Shown: one piece after another, positions 19,418-30,558 of the stretch
Layout: every line of letters begins with the position of its first letter
Position numbering within the stretch: position 1 is the first letter of the stretch
Assembly (NCBI GenBank): GCA_963716175.1
Contig: OY970296.1
Span: 736,001-800,000 of the forward strand
DNA length: 64,000 bases
Origin: an uncultured Armatimonadetes bacterium
GTDB taxonomy: Bacteria; Armatimonadota; Hebobacteria; Hebobacterales; Hebobacteraceae
Direction: 5' to 3'
Notes under the pieces: model-generated
Seen by the model: only the letters and a program-made list of their open reading frames with translations
Database searches by the model: none
Told to the model about the DNA's origin: nothing
Made by a program: the position numbers and the translations under genes

Positions 19418-21049
19418 TCACGACGCTCGCCTGCGGAAGGCATCCGTGCCAGGAACGTCGGCCCGAGCCAGCACGCGAAGCATGTTGTGCGCCAGGATAG
19501 GCTCGAGCACGTCCTGAGGCACGTCCAGCGAGAGAAACCGGGCCAGCTCCCATGCCATGCTGTGGCCCAGCGCATCGCTGCCGAAGATCACCCTGGATGG
19601 ATCCACAACCTTGAGCGTGGTTTCCCACGGGATAGAGGAGCAGAAGCTGCCGCACCACTCCAGGTACACGTTGGGGTTGGCCGCGGCCAGCTCGTGGGCT
19701 TCGAGCCGGCCGGCGTCCCCGCCGCCTGAATGGCCCAACAGGAATGCCGCGTCCGGATACTTCTTCACGACCTCCTTGAGCATAGCGGGCGAGTTGTACT
19801 GATCGTCCCAGGTGTGCAGGAGGATCGGCAGGCGCCGCTGCTGCGCGTACTCCAGAGCCGGGCGCAACCGCTCATCGGTTACCGACACCTGCCAGTACGA
19901 GCACAGGAACTTGATGCCCACGAAGAAAGACTGCGAGAAGAACTCGTCCAGTCGCTCCGCCAGCCCCTCCTGGTAGTAAGGGTTGAAGCCCAGATACCCG
20001 CGGAATCGCTCTCCGTGTGCCGAGGCATGCTGCTGCAGCTGCCGGTTGCCTTCAATAGGCTCACCGAACAGGGCCTGGCCGGTCGACGCGATCAGTGTTC
20101 GAATGCCCAGTCGGTCCATGTCGCGCAAGGCCGCCTGGATGTGCCCGCTGATGCCCCCGCCTGAGCCTGGCCACGTGCCCATGGGTCCCAAGTGACCGTG
20201 GGCGTCTATAATGCCGACCTCCAGGGGCCGGCCCTGAAGAAAGGTCTCCCACAGGGGGTTCAGGGGAGGTCTTCGCACCGGCGGCGTAGGTGGCAGGTCC
20301 AGGAGACGATCCAGGTTGCCGTGCGCGATCCGCTCGCGCACGTCCTGGGAAACCGGAGCCTGCGCGAGGGCGCCGATCGCCGCCCCGTTGTGCGCCGGCA
20401 GGCCGGTGGAGAAGATCAGGCGCTCTGGCCCAAACTCCTCGGCCAGCTTCTCGATGGTCCCGTGAGTGTGCATCCAACTGGTACCGACCCGGATGTTCGG
20501 CCGCCGCTTCAGCAGATCCAGCAGGTTGAACACCCCGAAGAACTGGGGCCACATGGCGTGTAGACAGATGATTGGCGTGTCGGGGAGCGCCTCAGCGAAG
20601 GCCAGGAGATCGGCGTCATCAGCGATCTCCCTCACGTCCACCAGGAGTACCGGCCGGAAACGTGCGAGCTGGCGCACCACCGGCTCGACGTGGCGCAACT
20701 TGTGGCTGAGGCTGCGGCACATCAGCCGAAGCGCTCGGACCTGGCGCGAGCCGAGGGCCTCGGTCAGCTCATCCATGGCCCCAATCTCATGCAGCATCGA
20801 AGGCGCTACCACGAACGAGGGCACCAGGCGCTGTCGCTGCGGGCCCAAGGAGTCGAGTTCCGCCATCAGCCGGCGGTTGCCCGTCATGGGGTGATGATCT
20901 CGCGCCCCAATGTCCCAGACCAGCGACCGACTGATCCCCAGTCGGTCCATGAACGCCAGCAGCTCGCGGCAGGTCTCGAAGTCCGCCGGGCCCTTCATGC
21001 CTCTGCCGGTCTGTGCGTCCGCGCTGAACAACACCATGTCCGCCATCAT
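19418..21049 (-). CDS. Tandem two-domain amidohydrolase
   Basis: C-domain has IIDAHGHLG, LLHTW, LLGHSGG, FGSD; N-domain lacks HxH (SADAQTG, FSTG). Confidence 0.85.
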   Translation of the reverse strand: MMADMVLFSADAQTGRGMKGPADFETCRELLAFMDRLGISRSLVWDIGARDHHPMTGNRRLMAELDSLGPQRQRLVPSFVVAPSMLHEIGAMDELTEALGSRQVRALRLMCRSLSHKLRHVEPVVRQLARFRPVLLVDVREIADDADLLAFAEALPDTPIICLHAMWPQFFGVFNLLDLLKRRPNIRVGTSWMHTHGTIEKLAEEFGPERLIFSTGLPAHNGAAIGALAQAPVSQDVRERIAHGNLDRLLDLPPTPPVRRPPLNPLWETFLQGRPLEVGIIDAHGHLGPMGTWPGSGGGISGHIQAALRDMDRLGIRTLIASTGQALFGEPIEGNRQLQQHASAHGERFRGYLGFNPYYQEGLAERLDEFFSQSFFVGIKFLCSYWQVSVTDERLRPALEYAQQRRLPILLHTWDDQYNSPAMLKEVVKKYPDAAFLLGHSGGGDAGRLEAHELAAANPNVYLEWCGSFCSSIPWETTLKVVDPSRVIFGSDALGHSMAWELARFLSLDVPQDVLEPILAHNMLRVLARADVPGTDAFRRRAS

Positions 21050-21421
21050 GGTTTCCTCTGCCAACCGGCCCTCCCGTTTCGCCGCGAGTGCGTCCTGGGT
21101 GTCCGCCGGGAGCAGGTCTGGTCTCCTGCAGCCGCCGATGTTGTTCCCGACCCGATCACGGTGCGGACCGGCAACACCTTCCAGTGGGCTGGACTTCGTC
21201 CCTGCTGCCGGCCTCAGAAGTGGAGCTGTTCTGGTCCCTGGTGGATCTCTATCGCCCCCAGGGCCACCGGCATCGGAGCGGTGTCCCGCATCTCCAATGC
21301 CGCCCGGACCTGGCTCGCCTTTGCGGTTCTCCGGCTGACAGCACACGGAATCGCCAGGTCCGGATCTTCGTCATCCCTTATGGCGAGTATGCCGAGAAAG
21401 GCTTCAGACAAGGAGGCACCT

Positions 21422-22003
21422 GTGGTGAGACGTCTCAGCTTCATCGTGGTGGCGCTGGCGGCGACTCTGATCTTCCAGGCCGCGGTGTCGGCTCTCGTGG
21501 CCCAGCAGGAAGGGGGCCCGGGCGGAGGAGGACAGGTCGGACAGGCGCAGCGCCCGGCTGGCCCTGAGGCCGGTGCGGCCATGCAGCAGCAACTCGATCA
21601 GGCGCTCAGGCAGGCGGGATTGACCGATGCCGAGCGGGCCGCGGCGGAACGTGCCGTGAACGCGAAGCTCGATGCGCGCCGCGATCTGGCAGCAGCCCTG
21701 GGGCAACTGCGGCGCACGGCCCTAGGCCAGAATGCAACGGATGACCAGCTCAAGTCAGCAAGCGACGCCTACCGGCAGGCGCTGGCGAAGTACCGCAGCC
21801 GCGTGGAGGCGGAGGATCAGGGCTTGATCAAGCAACTCTCCGCGAGAAGCCAGGTCCGCTGCCTGGCCCTGGGCGTGCTTGACAACGGCCTGGGAATAGG
21901 CGTGGGCATGCCTCGGCAGGGCGGCGGTAGCGCTGGCGGGGGCCGCGGGGGTGGGCGCGGCCGCCCGCGAGGCAGGGGTGTGGTTGGCGGCATATTGCGC
22001 TAA
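21422..22003 (+). CDS. Exported helical protein (Spy/CpxP-like) with Gly-rich tail
   Basis: AAGGAGG RBS, signal peptide VRRLSFIVVALAATLIFQAAVSA, LTDAER helical body. Confidence 0.65.
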   Translation: MVRRLSFIVVALAATLIFQAAVSALVAQQEGGPGGGGQVGQAQRPAGPEAGAAMQQQLDQALRQAGLTDAERAAAERAVNAKLDARRDLAAALGQLRRTALGQNATDDQLKSASDAYRQALAKYRSRVEAEDQGLIKQLSARSQVRCLALGVLDNGLGIGVGMPRQGGGSAGGGRGGGRGRPRGRGVVGGILR

Positions 22004-22094
22004 TCCGGCGTGACGGAGCAGTGGGCGGCGCGGGTGACTGAGCATGCTGCGCCGCTCACTGCCCAACCTACCCCGCTCGCGTTCAGGAGAGGCG

Positions 22095-22540
22095 ATGTCG
22101 AGGCGGGGAGCACGCGGGTTCACGCTAATCGAGTTGCTGGTTGTAATCGCCATCATCGCTATTCTGGCGGGTCCGCTGTTCCCGGTGTTCGCGCGAGCCC
22201 GGGAGGCCGCGCGGAAGATCCAATGCCTGGCGAACGTGGAGAACATCGCGACTGCCAGGAGATCCGCCAGCTCTGGGGGATGTTCTATGCCGCCAATCCG
22301 CGCTGCTGCTACGGACTGAGCCGGCGCAACACGCGCCGGTTCTACCGGGATCCGTCCTACCGCGCGCCCTACACGCCGCACCTGGGCGGGGCCAATATCG
22401 GCTTCGCCGATGGTCACGCTGCCTGGTGGCCGGCTGAGCAAGCCATCACCCAAGGCGCCTACTGCGGATCGCCGGACTGGACCATACGCCCTGCCCAGAA
22501 GCTCAAGGGCACCTGCCCGCCGTGGCCAGTGGCCATGTGA
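22095..22540 (+). pseudogene. Prepilin-type N-methylation / H-X9-DG (DUF1559-like) gene, internally deleted and frameshifted
   Basis: [40 protein letters not shown] in one frame; PHLGGANIGFADGHA in another; middle region missing. Confidence 0.75.
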
Positions 22541-22681
22541 CCCCGAGGAGAGAGGCATCCTGGAAGCGCTCCCCCGCGTGGGCAGTGGGAACCTCGGCGA
22601 GTCACTGGCAGGACCAGCCAGGGCGGCGGCGGAATCGGTCTGTCTGGCGGCCCAGGGTCTGGCGCGCCGGGGAGGTCCGGG

Positions 22682-23878
22682 ATGGGCTTTCGCATATTCG
22701 GTAGCGATGAGTTGGCCAACCTCGAGCAGGTGGTCGAAAGCCAGGAGGCATGGAGGGGGCTGAGCGACGGGAGCTTCAGCTCGCGTTTTGAGGACGCGTT
22801 CGGCCAGCATGTTGGCCGCCGCTACGTCCTTGCTGTCAACTCCGGTACCTCTGCGAACGAGACTGCGCTGGCCGCGTGTCGTGTCGGCCCCGGAGACGAG
22901 GTGATCGTGCCGCCATGCTCGTTTATCGCTTCCTCACTCGCGCCCGTGGCGCTCGGCGCGGTGCCGGTGTTCGCCGACGTCGACCCGCGGAATCTCATCA
23001 TCACGGCTGAGGCCGTCGAGGCCGCCATCACGCCGAAGGCCAAGGCGGTCGTGGTCGTCCACCTGTGGGGCATTCCGGCCGAGATCGGGCCCATCCTCGA
23101 GGTGGCGCGGAAGCACGGCCTCGCCGTCGTCGAGGACTGCGCGCAGGCCTACGACGCCTACTACCACGGCCATATGGTGGGAACGCTCGGCGACGTCGCG
23201 TGCTATAGCCTCCAGCAGAGCAAGCACATCACATCCGGTGAGGGTGGGATCGTGACGACGGATGATCCCGGGGCCTACGCCCGGGCCTGCCTCTACTCCA
23301 ATTGCGGCATGCCGTGGTATCGCTATGGCGTGGAGCGGCCGCAGCCGCAGGAGGCGGCCGGCATCCCCACCCGGGGGCACTTCGCCTTCGGGCACAACTA
23401 CCGCATCAGCGAGCTTCAGGCGGCCGTCGCACTCGCGCAACTCGCCAAGATCGACGCGCTGAACGCCCGCCGTGCGGGGATCGTGAGAGCGATCGAAGAG
23501 GAGATCGCAGGCGTACCGGAGCTGCGTCCCGCGCACAGCTACCCAGACACTCAGGTCAACCACTGGGCCTATCCCGCATGGCTGGACCCAAAGCGGACCA
23601 ATCTCACCACCGCGGACGTGGGCATCGGGCGCTACAACGAAATCAACTACCTGGAAGCGGTCTACCAGCGGATGCAGCAGGAGCGGCGCACGGCGGTCGG
23701 TACCCCGCTTCCCGAGTACGTGCGCTATGAGCCGGGCATCTGCCCGCAGGCCGAGGCCGGCGCACGCCGGCTCGCCGTGATGATGACACACCCCGCGAGC
23801 GACCCTGACGAGGTTCGCGGGGAGGCCCGGGAGATCGCGGAGAAGGTCCGCTGCGCGGTCGGCAAGGGAGGTCCTTAG
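22682..23878 (+). CDS. DegT/DnrJ/EryC1/StrS PLP aminotransferase
   Basis: VNSGTSA, GPGDEVIVP, VEDCAQA, YSLQQSKHITSGEGG, NYRISELQAA. Confidence 0.92.
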   Translation: MGFRIFGSDELANLEQVVESQEAWRGLSDGSFSSRFEDAFGQHVGRRYVLAVNSGTSANETALAACRVGPGDEVIVPPCSFIASSLAPVALGAVPVFADVDPRNLIITAEAVEAAITPKAKAVVVVHLWGIPAEIGPILEVARKHGLAVVEDCAQAYDAYYHGHMVGTLGDVACYSLQQSKHITSGEGGIVTTDDPGAYARACLYSNCGMPWYRYGVERPQPQEAAGIPTRGHFAFGHNYRISELQAAVALAQLAKIDALNARRAGIVRAIEEEIAGVPELRPAHSYPDTQVNHWAYPAWLDPKRTNLTTADVGIGRYNEINYLEAVYQRMQQERRTAVGTPLPEYVRYEPGICPQAEAGARRLAVMMTHPASDPDEVRGEAREIAEKVRCAVGKGGP

Positions 23879-24160
23879 ACCGGCGACGCGCTCCCGGAGC
23901 TCTTGGGTGCCTGCCAGCCGGGGCGCACCGCTTCAATGGTATCGGCCATGCTCCTCGCGGTGCGACTCGGAGGCCTGTGAAACGGCGTCACTGGTCGCGG
24001 ATTTCACGGTCTGGTCTCGACGGGGCGCCGTGGGCATCACTCCTGGCGCGGGTCGCGGTTGCAGTGATGACAAGCAGATCGCCGGAGTCCACTGGTAGCG
24101 CCAGAGGAAGTGCTGGTGCCGTTACTGAAACACTTGTGATTCTTTCAGGAGGTAACGCGA

Positions 24161-25375
24161 ATGCAGCCGATGATCACTGGGTCCGACATCGCCCCGCTCG
24201 CCATCAGCAGCAACGGGCGGTACTTCCTGGACAGGAAAGGGAAGCCCTTCTTCTGGCTCGGGGACACGCTCTGGCACTTGTACCGGTCCTTCTCACCGGC
24301 CGACGCCAGAGCGATCATGGAAAACCGCAGGGATAAAGGGTTCAGCGTGGTGCTGGTCATGCTCATCGGCCATGAGGCCGACCCGACCCCTAACATCAAC
24401 GGGGATCACCCGTGGCTCGACTCTGACCCGTCCAGGCCAAACGAAAGGTACTTCGAGCACGTTGACGCCGTGATGCGTGTCGCCTGTGAGCTGGACCTCA
24501 TCCAGGTGCTGGGTGTGTACCACAAGACGCAGGACAGGTGCTACGATCCGGAGCGGGCGAGGGAGTCAGCCAGGTGGATCGCTAGCCGGTACCAGGACAT
24601 CCCCCACATCATCTGGTCCATGTACCCGGAGGCCAAGAGGCAGTATCTGCCGGTGGTGAGCGCGCTCGTCAAGGGTCTCCAGGAGGGAGATGGAGGTGCG
24701 CACTGGATCACGGTGCACCCGGATCCCTCGCCGCAGTCATCGAGCTTTCTGCACCAGGAGAGCTGGCTCGCCTTCAACATGTTGCAGACCTGCGTGGACA
24801 TCGAGCAGGTCTACCCCATGACTGCCGCCGACTACGCGTTCACGCCGACCAAGCCCGCGGTGATGGCCGAAGGGGGATACGAAGGGGTGGAGTTCGGCAG
24901 GCCGATCACACCGCTGGACATCCGCAGGCAGGCCTACTGGACGTACCTGGCTGGGGGCCACCACGTGTATGGCCACAACGACAACTGGCAGGCGCCTGGC
25001 AGGTGGCGAGACTGGATCAACTCCCCGGGCTCGTTGCACATCGGCGTCTTCCGCCGCATCATCACATCGCTGAAGCAGTGGTGGAGCATCATCCCGAACC
25101 AGTCGATCCTTGCGAAGGGCGCTGGTCTTGGGGCCGAGTTGGACGCAGCCGGGCAGTCCCTTGCTGGGGACTGGGCTTTGGTGTACCTGAGCGGCCGGCA
25201 CACCACCTCGATCCGGATGGACAGGGTCAAGGCCTCCGAGAGCGTGGCCGTCTGCTGGATTGACCCCAGGAGTGGAGACCGACGGCGGATCGGGACCTTC
25301 CAGTACGCGGATGTCAAAGAGTTCTCCACACCGGAAGGGTGGGAGGACGCGCTGCTGCTGCTGGAAGCGGAGTAG
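24161..25375 (+). CDS. DUF4038 (apiosidase/GH140-like) protein with C-terminal collagen-binding-like domain
   Basis: GKPFFWLGDTLW, RRDKGFSV, TVHP, WLAFNMLQT, EGGYE, RRQAYW, WIDPRSG. Confidence 0.85.
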   Translation: MQPMITGSDIAPLAISSNGRYFLDRKGKPFFWLGDTLWHLYRSFSPADARAIMENRRDKGFSVVLVMLIGHEADPTPNINGDHPWLDSDPSRPNERYFEHVDAVMRVACELDLIQVLGVYHKTQDRCYDPERARESARWIASRYQDIPHIIWSMYPEAKRQYLPVVSALVKGLQEGDGGAHWITVHPDPSPQSSSFLHQESWLAFNMLQTCVDIEQVYPMTAADYAFTPTKPAVMAEGGYEGVEFGRPITPLDIRRQAYWTYLAGGHHVYGHNDNWQAPGRWRDWINSPGSLHIGVFRRIITSLKQWWSIIPNQSILAKGAGLGAELDAAGQSLAGDWALVYLSGRHTTSIRMDRVKASESVAVCWIDPRSGDRRRIGTFQYADVKEFSTPEGWEDALLLLEAE

Positions 25376-25532
25376 AATCCCCTAGGCCCACAGCAGTAGA
25401 CTCGGCTGCGCCTTCGGGGGAACCGAGCAGTGACCGGTTCTCACGGCGCCGGGAGGAACGGCGGCCCCTGCCCAGTAACCCCTGATCAGGCACGCCCTCC
25501 TGGAGCCGCTACTTCCGAAAAGCTGGGAAACT

Positions 25533-27872
25533 GTGAGAATGGGTGCAGCACTCCTCGTTTGCCTCGGGTGTCTCCTCGTGATATCGCTCGGCCAGCCGGC
25601 CGAGGCGGCGGGTGATGTCGATCTGGCGAAGATCAAGACCAGCCTCCTGAGCTACCTGACCGGCGCGGACGCCGACCGAAATGACCCCGCGGTGGCCGCG
25701 TCGCTGCGAGACGTCGAGGAGTCGGCGCGTAAGGCCCTCACCTCGCTGCGCGCAGACGGAAGCTGGGACGACATCGACTACTCGGCGGGGCCGGATCAGG
25801 AAGCGCGTCTGTCCCGTCATCTCGGCCGCATCAGCGCGATGGCGCGGGGCTTCCGGACGCCGGGGCGGCCTCTCCACGAAGACCCCGATCTGGTGCCGGC
25901 GGTTGAGAAGGCGCTCGCGTTCGTCCGCCCGCTTGTGGGCGTGGACTGCGCCAAGCCCGGGAACTGGTGGTACTGGCAGATCCAGATGCCCGGCACCCTG
26001 GGCCAGACGCTCTTGCTCATGGGAGGGCATCTGAGCCAGGCCATCGTTGCCGAGGTCGTGGCGACGATGAAGTACCTCCTGACGGAGGATGCGCTCGATG
26101 CGCCGCGGCCGAGCCAGGCCGGCCACTGGCATCGGACGTTACTGAAGGTGACCGGGCCCACGGCAAAGCACACGGCGCTGCATGCTGGACAGAACCGGAT
26201 CTGGGTTGCCATGAACCACCTCTACCTGGCCCTGCTGACTGATGATCGGCGGCGGGCGCAAGTGGTGCGGGACGCTTTCACTGCGGAGTGCCAGGTGCAG
26301 GAGGGCGAGGGCATCAAGGAGGACTACTCGTTCCACCAGCACGGGCCGCTGCTCTACACGGGTGGCTACGGCCGCGGCTTCACCGAGGATGTGGCCCGGT
26401 ACATCTGGATCGCACGCGGCACGCGGTACCAGATCCCCGAGGCGGGTCTCGACGCCTTCGCGCACTACGTCCTGGACGGCGCCGTCTGGTGCATCTATGA
26501 GAACTACTATGATCCCTCGGTGCGGGGCCGTGAGATCACCCGCGGGAATGATCATCCGCAGCAGGTGCCGCTCTCTCTGCTGGTGCTGGCCCATGTCGCG
26601 AACCCGCGGCGGGAGGAAGCGATCGGCGCCGCCAAGAGCTTCCACCAGTTCACTCCCTCCTATCGGATGCAGGCGGCCCCGCTCTGGTCGGCTATCAGGG
26701 ATACGCCCATCGCGGCTTCTCTGCCCATAGGCCATCGGCACTACTGGGAGTCCGACTACACCGTCCACCGCGGAGCGGGCTACTTCGCTTCCTTGCGGAT
26801 GTTCTCGGAGCGCACCAAGGCGGCCGAGCTGATCAACGGCGAAGGTTTGACCTCCTGGCACCAGTCCGACGGCCTGCTCTGGGTGTTCCTGCACGGCGGA
26901 GACTACGTCACCCACGATGTGCTGCCGACGCTGGACTGGCTGCGCCTGCCGGGCACGACGGTCGAGCGGAGGCAACTGAAGCCGGCCGAGGGCTATGACG
27001 AGCAGCCGCGGCCGGCGACCCGCGCCTTCGTGGGCGGGGTCTTCACGAAGGACCGCGGCGCGTCGGCGATGGAGCTGGCCGCGGCGGCCTCGCCGCTCAC
27101 GGCCAGGAAAAGCTGGTTCTTCTTTGGCGACGAGATCGTTTGCCTGGGCAGCGACATTGACTGCCCGACCGACCGCCCAGCGGAGACCGTGGTCAACCAG
27201 TGGCCCCTGACGGATCCCGCGGCGCCGCTCACCGTGGATGGGCAAGTGCAGCCGTCCTCCCTCCCGTGGCACGCGGTGCTGCCGGATCCTAAGTGGGCTC
27301 ACTGCGACGGGATCGGCTACTACTTCCCCGAACCCGCGCATCTGGAGGCGCAGCGGGCCGTGCAGACCGGCGTCTGGCGCAGCATGACCGAAACCGGGAG
27401 CGAGGCGAGCCACTCGAACCCCTTCCTCACGCTCTGGTTCGACCACGGCACTCAGGCCAGAGGCGCGTCCTACTCCTATGCCATCCTGCCGGCGAAGACG
27501 GCGGCACAGACGGAGGCCTATGCCGCCTCGAACCCGATCACCATCCTGGCGCATGACAGCAGGGCGCACGCGGTCCGGCAGAACGCGCGTAACGCAGTGG
27601 GGGTGGTGTTCTGGGCGCCGGGTTCGGCGGGCAGGCTGTCCGCGGACCACGCCTGCATCGCCTTCTATGAGGAGACGACGGAGGGCTTCACGCTCACGGT
27701 GAGCGACCCCACGCACCAGGCCAGCACCTTCCACGTGACCATTGACGAGCCGCTGACCCCGGTACAGCTTCCCCCCGAAGTGAGCAGCACCATCTCGGAC
27801 GGGAGGACCATCCTCACGTACCGTGCCGAGAGGGGCCGGAACTATCTCGGGCACTTCGTGCACCAGCGGTAG
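25533..27872 (+). CDS. Polysaccharide lyase family 8 (chondroitin/hyaluronate lyase-like), secreted
   Basis: GNWWYWQIQMP, GQNRIW, DYSFHQHG..YTGGYG, RGREITR, LPGTT, ARKSWFFFGD. Confidence 0.92.
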   Translation: MRMGAALLVCLGCLLVISLGQPAEAAGDVDLAKIKTSLLSYLTGADADRNDPAVAASLRDVEESARKALTSLRADGSWDDIDYSAGPDQEARLSRHLGRISAMARGFRTPGRPLHEDPDLVPAVEKALAFVRPLVGVDCAKPGNWWYWQIQMPGTLGQTLLLMGGHLSQAIVAEVVATMKYLLTEDALDAPRPSQAGHWHRTLLKVTGPTAKHTALHAGQNRIWVAMNHLYLALLTDDRRRAQVVRDAFTAECQVQEGEGIKEDYSFHQHGPLLYTGGYGRGFTEDVARYIWIARGTRYQIPEAGLDAFAHYVLDGAVWCIYENYYDPSVRGREITRGNDHPQQVPLSLLVLAHVANPRREEAIGAAKSFHQFTPSYRMQAAPLWSAIRDTPIAASLPIGHRHYWESDYTVHRGAGYFASLRMFSERTKAAELINGEGLTSWHQSDGLLWVFLHGGDYVTHDVLPTLDWLRLPGTTVERRQLKPAEGYDEQPRPATRAFVGGVFTKDRGASAMELAAAASPLTARKSWFFFGDEIVCLGSDIDCPTDRPAETVVNQWPLTDPAAPLTVDGQVQPSSLPWHAVLPDPKWAHCDGIGYYFPEPAHLEAQRAVQTGVWRSMTETGSEASHSNPFLTLWFDHGTQARGASYSYAILPAKTAAQTEAYAASNPITILAHDSRAHAVRQNARNAVGVVFWAPGSAGRLSADHACIAFYEETTEGFTLTVSDPTHQASTFHVTIDEPLTPVQLPPEVSSTISDGRTILTYRAERGRNYLGHFVHQR

Positions 27873-28036
27873 TGGCGACCACGGCGATAAGGCCGCCCCT
27901 GACCTCCCGGGCCTCTCGCCGTCACTCCATCTCCGGGTTTGCGTCCGATGGGGGCACTATCAGACGCGGAATCAGCCTCAGAGAGCAACCCGAGTCGATC
28001 CGGGAGCCGAGCAGGGCGGTCCATCTGACTCACGGG

Positions 28037-29845
28037 TCAGAGCGACAGCTCGAACGCCCTCGCCACATACACCGCCATCTGATCCCGCGTTACCTGCCGC
28101 TGCGGCTGGTAGGTGCCGTCCTCGTAGCCGTTCACCACCCCGTGGTCTACGCAGGCCTTGATCGCCACTCCCGACCAGAAGCCAGCAGGCACATCCGGAA
28201 AGAGCTGGGGAGCTGTGTTGAGAGCGTCACTGAGCATCACCCATCCCTTCGCCCGGGCGATGAACACGGCCATCTGGCCCCGATCCACCACCAGATCGGG
28301 CTGGTAGTGGGTGGGGTCATAGCCCTGCACCACGCCCTGAGCCACCGCGTACTCGATGTACTTGTAGGCCCAGCTGCCGATGGGCGCGTCGTCAGGGAAG
28401 CTCGGAGTGGCCGGCCCACTAGGCACATTCCCATCACTACCAGCCAGAGCGCGGGCGATGTAAACCGCCATCTGGTCGCGGGTGACGGCCTTGCCGGGTT
28501 GGTAGGTGCCGTCGGCGTAGCCTTTGACGATGCCGGCGTCTACACAGGCGAGGATCTGGTGTAAGGCCCAGTCGTCCGCCGGCACGTCCAGGAAGGTCAC
28601 CACCACGCAGTCTGCCTTTGTCTTCGTGTTCGACCCGCTGGCATTGTGAACGGTCAGACTCACACTATAGGCGCCAAGCTGCGTGTATTCGTGTGTCGGG
28701 TTCTGGGCGGCGGAACTGCCGCCGTCCCCGAAGTGCCACAGCCAAGCTGTGGGGGCACCGGTGGACTGGTCGGTGAAGCTTACCGTCAGAGGCGCGGAAC
28801 CGCTGGTCGGCGTGGCGATGAAAGCGGCGGAGGGGCCTCCTGCAATGACGAGATGCGCCACCTGGCTGTTACCGGTATCGGCCACCCAGCACGAGCCGTC
28901 GGTGGGGTCAACCGAAACAGAGCGGGGGTTGAAGAACTCACACGCGGGGGAGGCTGCACTTCGCCACAACTCCACCCCGCTCGACGATAGGTGTACCACT
29001 TGCGAATGGGCTACGTCCGTCGCCCAGCAGGAGCCGTCCGCCAAGTTGGCGGAGACGGACCAGGGCGCGGAGAACCCGCCGGTCCGCGACAGCTCGACCC
29101 CGGCTGCGGACAGGTGCACGACCTGGTTGTTGTTTGTGTCCGCCACCCAGCAAGAGCTGTCCGCGGGGTCCACGGAGATGGAGTAGGGCGAGTAGAACTC
29201 GGGCGTCGGCAGGTCCTCGCTCCGCCACAGCTCAGCCCCGCCGGCCGACACATGTATTATCTGGCTGATGCCATTGACACCATTGGACGCCGATATCCAG
29301 CAGGAGCCATCCGTAGGGTTGGCGGCGACCGCCAGGGGGGACTGGAACTGCGGTATGGGAGGTCCCGGACTCCGCCACAACTGCACGCCGCCCACCGACA
29401 AGTGGACGACCTGGCTGTTGGTGGTATCCGCCACCCAGCAAGAGCCGTCCGCCGAGTTGACCGAGACCGAGTTGGGCTGGTTGAACCCGCCTCCGCGCCA
29501 GAGCTCAGTGCCACTCTGGGCCAGATGGACCACTTGGTTGTTACCCGTGTCGGCCACCCAGCAGGTGCCATCTGCGGAGTTCACGGAGACGGATGCTGCG
29601 CAGTAGAACCCCCCTCCGCGCCAGAGCTCGGTTCCGTCCTGGGCGAGGTGGACCACCTGGTTATTGGCGGTGTCGGCCACCCAGCAGGAGCTGTCCGTCG
29701 GGTTGAGCGAGACGAGTAGCGGATCGGCAAACTGGTAGGCGGGGGAGGTCGCGCTCCGCCACGCCTCCACGACGGATTCGGCGGCGGAGCGGCCGCAGGC
29801 GGCAGTGAGAAGGACCAGCGCAACGAGGAACCTCCACTTCATCAT
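28037..29845 (-). CDS. Surface protein: NHL-like beta-propeller, PKD domain and three SLH domains
   Basis: Repeats of SVSVNxxDGSCWVADTxNxQVVHL; PKD (APLTVSFTDQSTG..WHFGDG); SLH (GYADGTYQP..VTRDQMAVYIARAL). Confidence 0.9.
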   Translation of the reverse strand: MMKWRFLVALVLLTAACGRSAAESVVEAWRSATSPAYQFADPLLVSLNPTDSSCWVADTANNQVVHLAQDGTELWRGGGFYCAASVSVNSADGTCWVADTGNNQVVHLAQSGTELWRGGGFNQPNSVSVNSADGSCWVADTTNSQVVHLSVGGVQLWRSPGPPIPQFQSPLAVAANPTDGSCWISASNGVNGISQIIHVSAGGAELWRSEDLPTPEFYSPYSISVDPADSSCWVADTNNNQVVHLSAAGVELSRTGGFSAPWSVSANLADGSCWATDVAHSQVVHLSSSGVELWRSAASPACEFFNPRSVSVDPTDGSCWVADTGNSQVAHLVIAGGPSAAFIATPTSGSAPLTVSFTDQSTGAPTAWLWHFGDGGSSAAQNPTHEYTQLGAYSVSLTVHNASGSNTKTKADCVVVTFLDVPADDWALHQILACVDAGIVKGYADGTYQPGKAVTRDQMAVYIARALAGSDGNVPSGPATPSFPDDAPIGSWAYKYIEYAVAQGVVQGYDPTHYQPDLVVDRGQMAVFIARAKGWVMLSDALNTAPQLFPDVPAGFWSGVAIKACVDHGVVNGYEDGTYQPQRQVTRDQMAVYVARAFELSL

Positions 29846-30171
29846 CAGCTACCTTTCTGAGGCATCGAGCGCACGCGGACCCGACCACTGCGCCGGAATC
29901 GAGCGCGGAGCGTGCCCAATCCTCTCCTGGGTGCGGCCCGGGTCTCGCGTGAGAGTATATACCTGCGACCAGCCGGAGGTTCTCACGGTCCGTGCACTCT
30001 GCCCCCAATACCCCGGCGCCGCCCGAACGCCTCACTCGCCCCGGAACCCGCGGCAACGCGAGGCCGGCGCGGAGGCCGTCTGCCATGGAGATTTGTCGGG
30101 TCCCCTCGTGCGAACTTGCGTCCGGTAGACGGCACTATCGGACGCACACTCAGACCTGGAAGGCCGAAAGA

Positions 30172-30410
30172 GGCAAGGATCGTGAACCTCAGCACGACTT
30201 CCGAGGAGTTCCCAGGCGAGGTCTCGTACGGCGCCAGCAAGCACGCGCTGGAAAGCTATAGCCGAGCCGTGGCGTGCGAGCTGGGCCGCTACAGCATCAC
30301 CGTGAATATCGTCGTACCCGGTCCCACGCAGACCGGGTACATAAACGCGGAACTGGCAAAGAGGTGCGTGGCCGGACGCCCCGTTGGAGGGCCTGGCGAT
30401 GTGCGGGTCA
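30172..30410 (+). pseudogene. Short-chain dehydrogenase (SDR) fragment
   Basis: RIVNLS..SYGASKHALES..ELGRYSITVNIVVPGPTQTG with no N-terminal GxxxGxG motif. Confidence 0.7.
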
Positions 30411-30558
30411 TTTTGCCCGTAAGCGGCCGTCTGCCCCTAGTGAACGACTCCGGCTCTGGGCGGGGTCAGAGCCTGGGCGCAGCGCCTTCGGGCGCTGCGC
30501 CCAGGCTTTCTCCCTCCGTCTGAACAGGCCCGCGTCGCGGTGACGCCGGCCGATGCAC

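Noticed and set aside
28850-29720. Repeated gccacccagca/ccagcagga motifs
   Set aside because: They encode the CWVAD blades of the beta-propeller protein.
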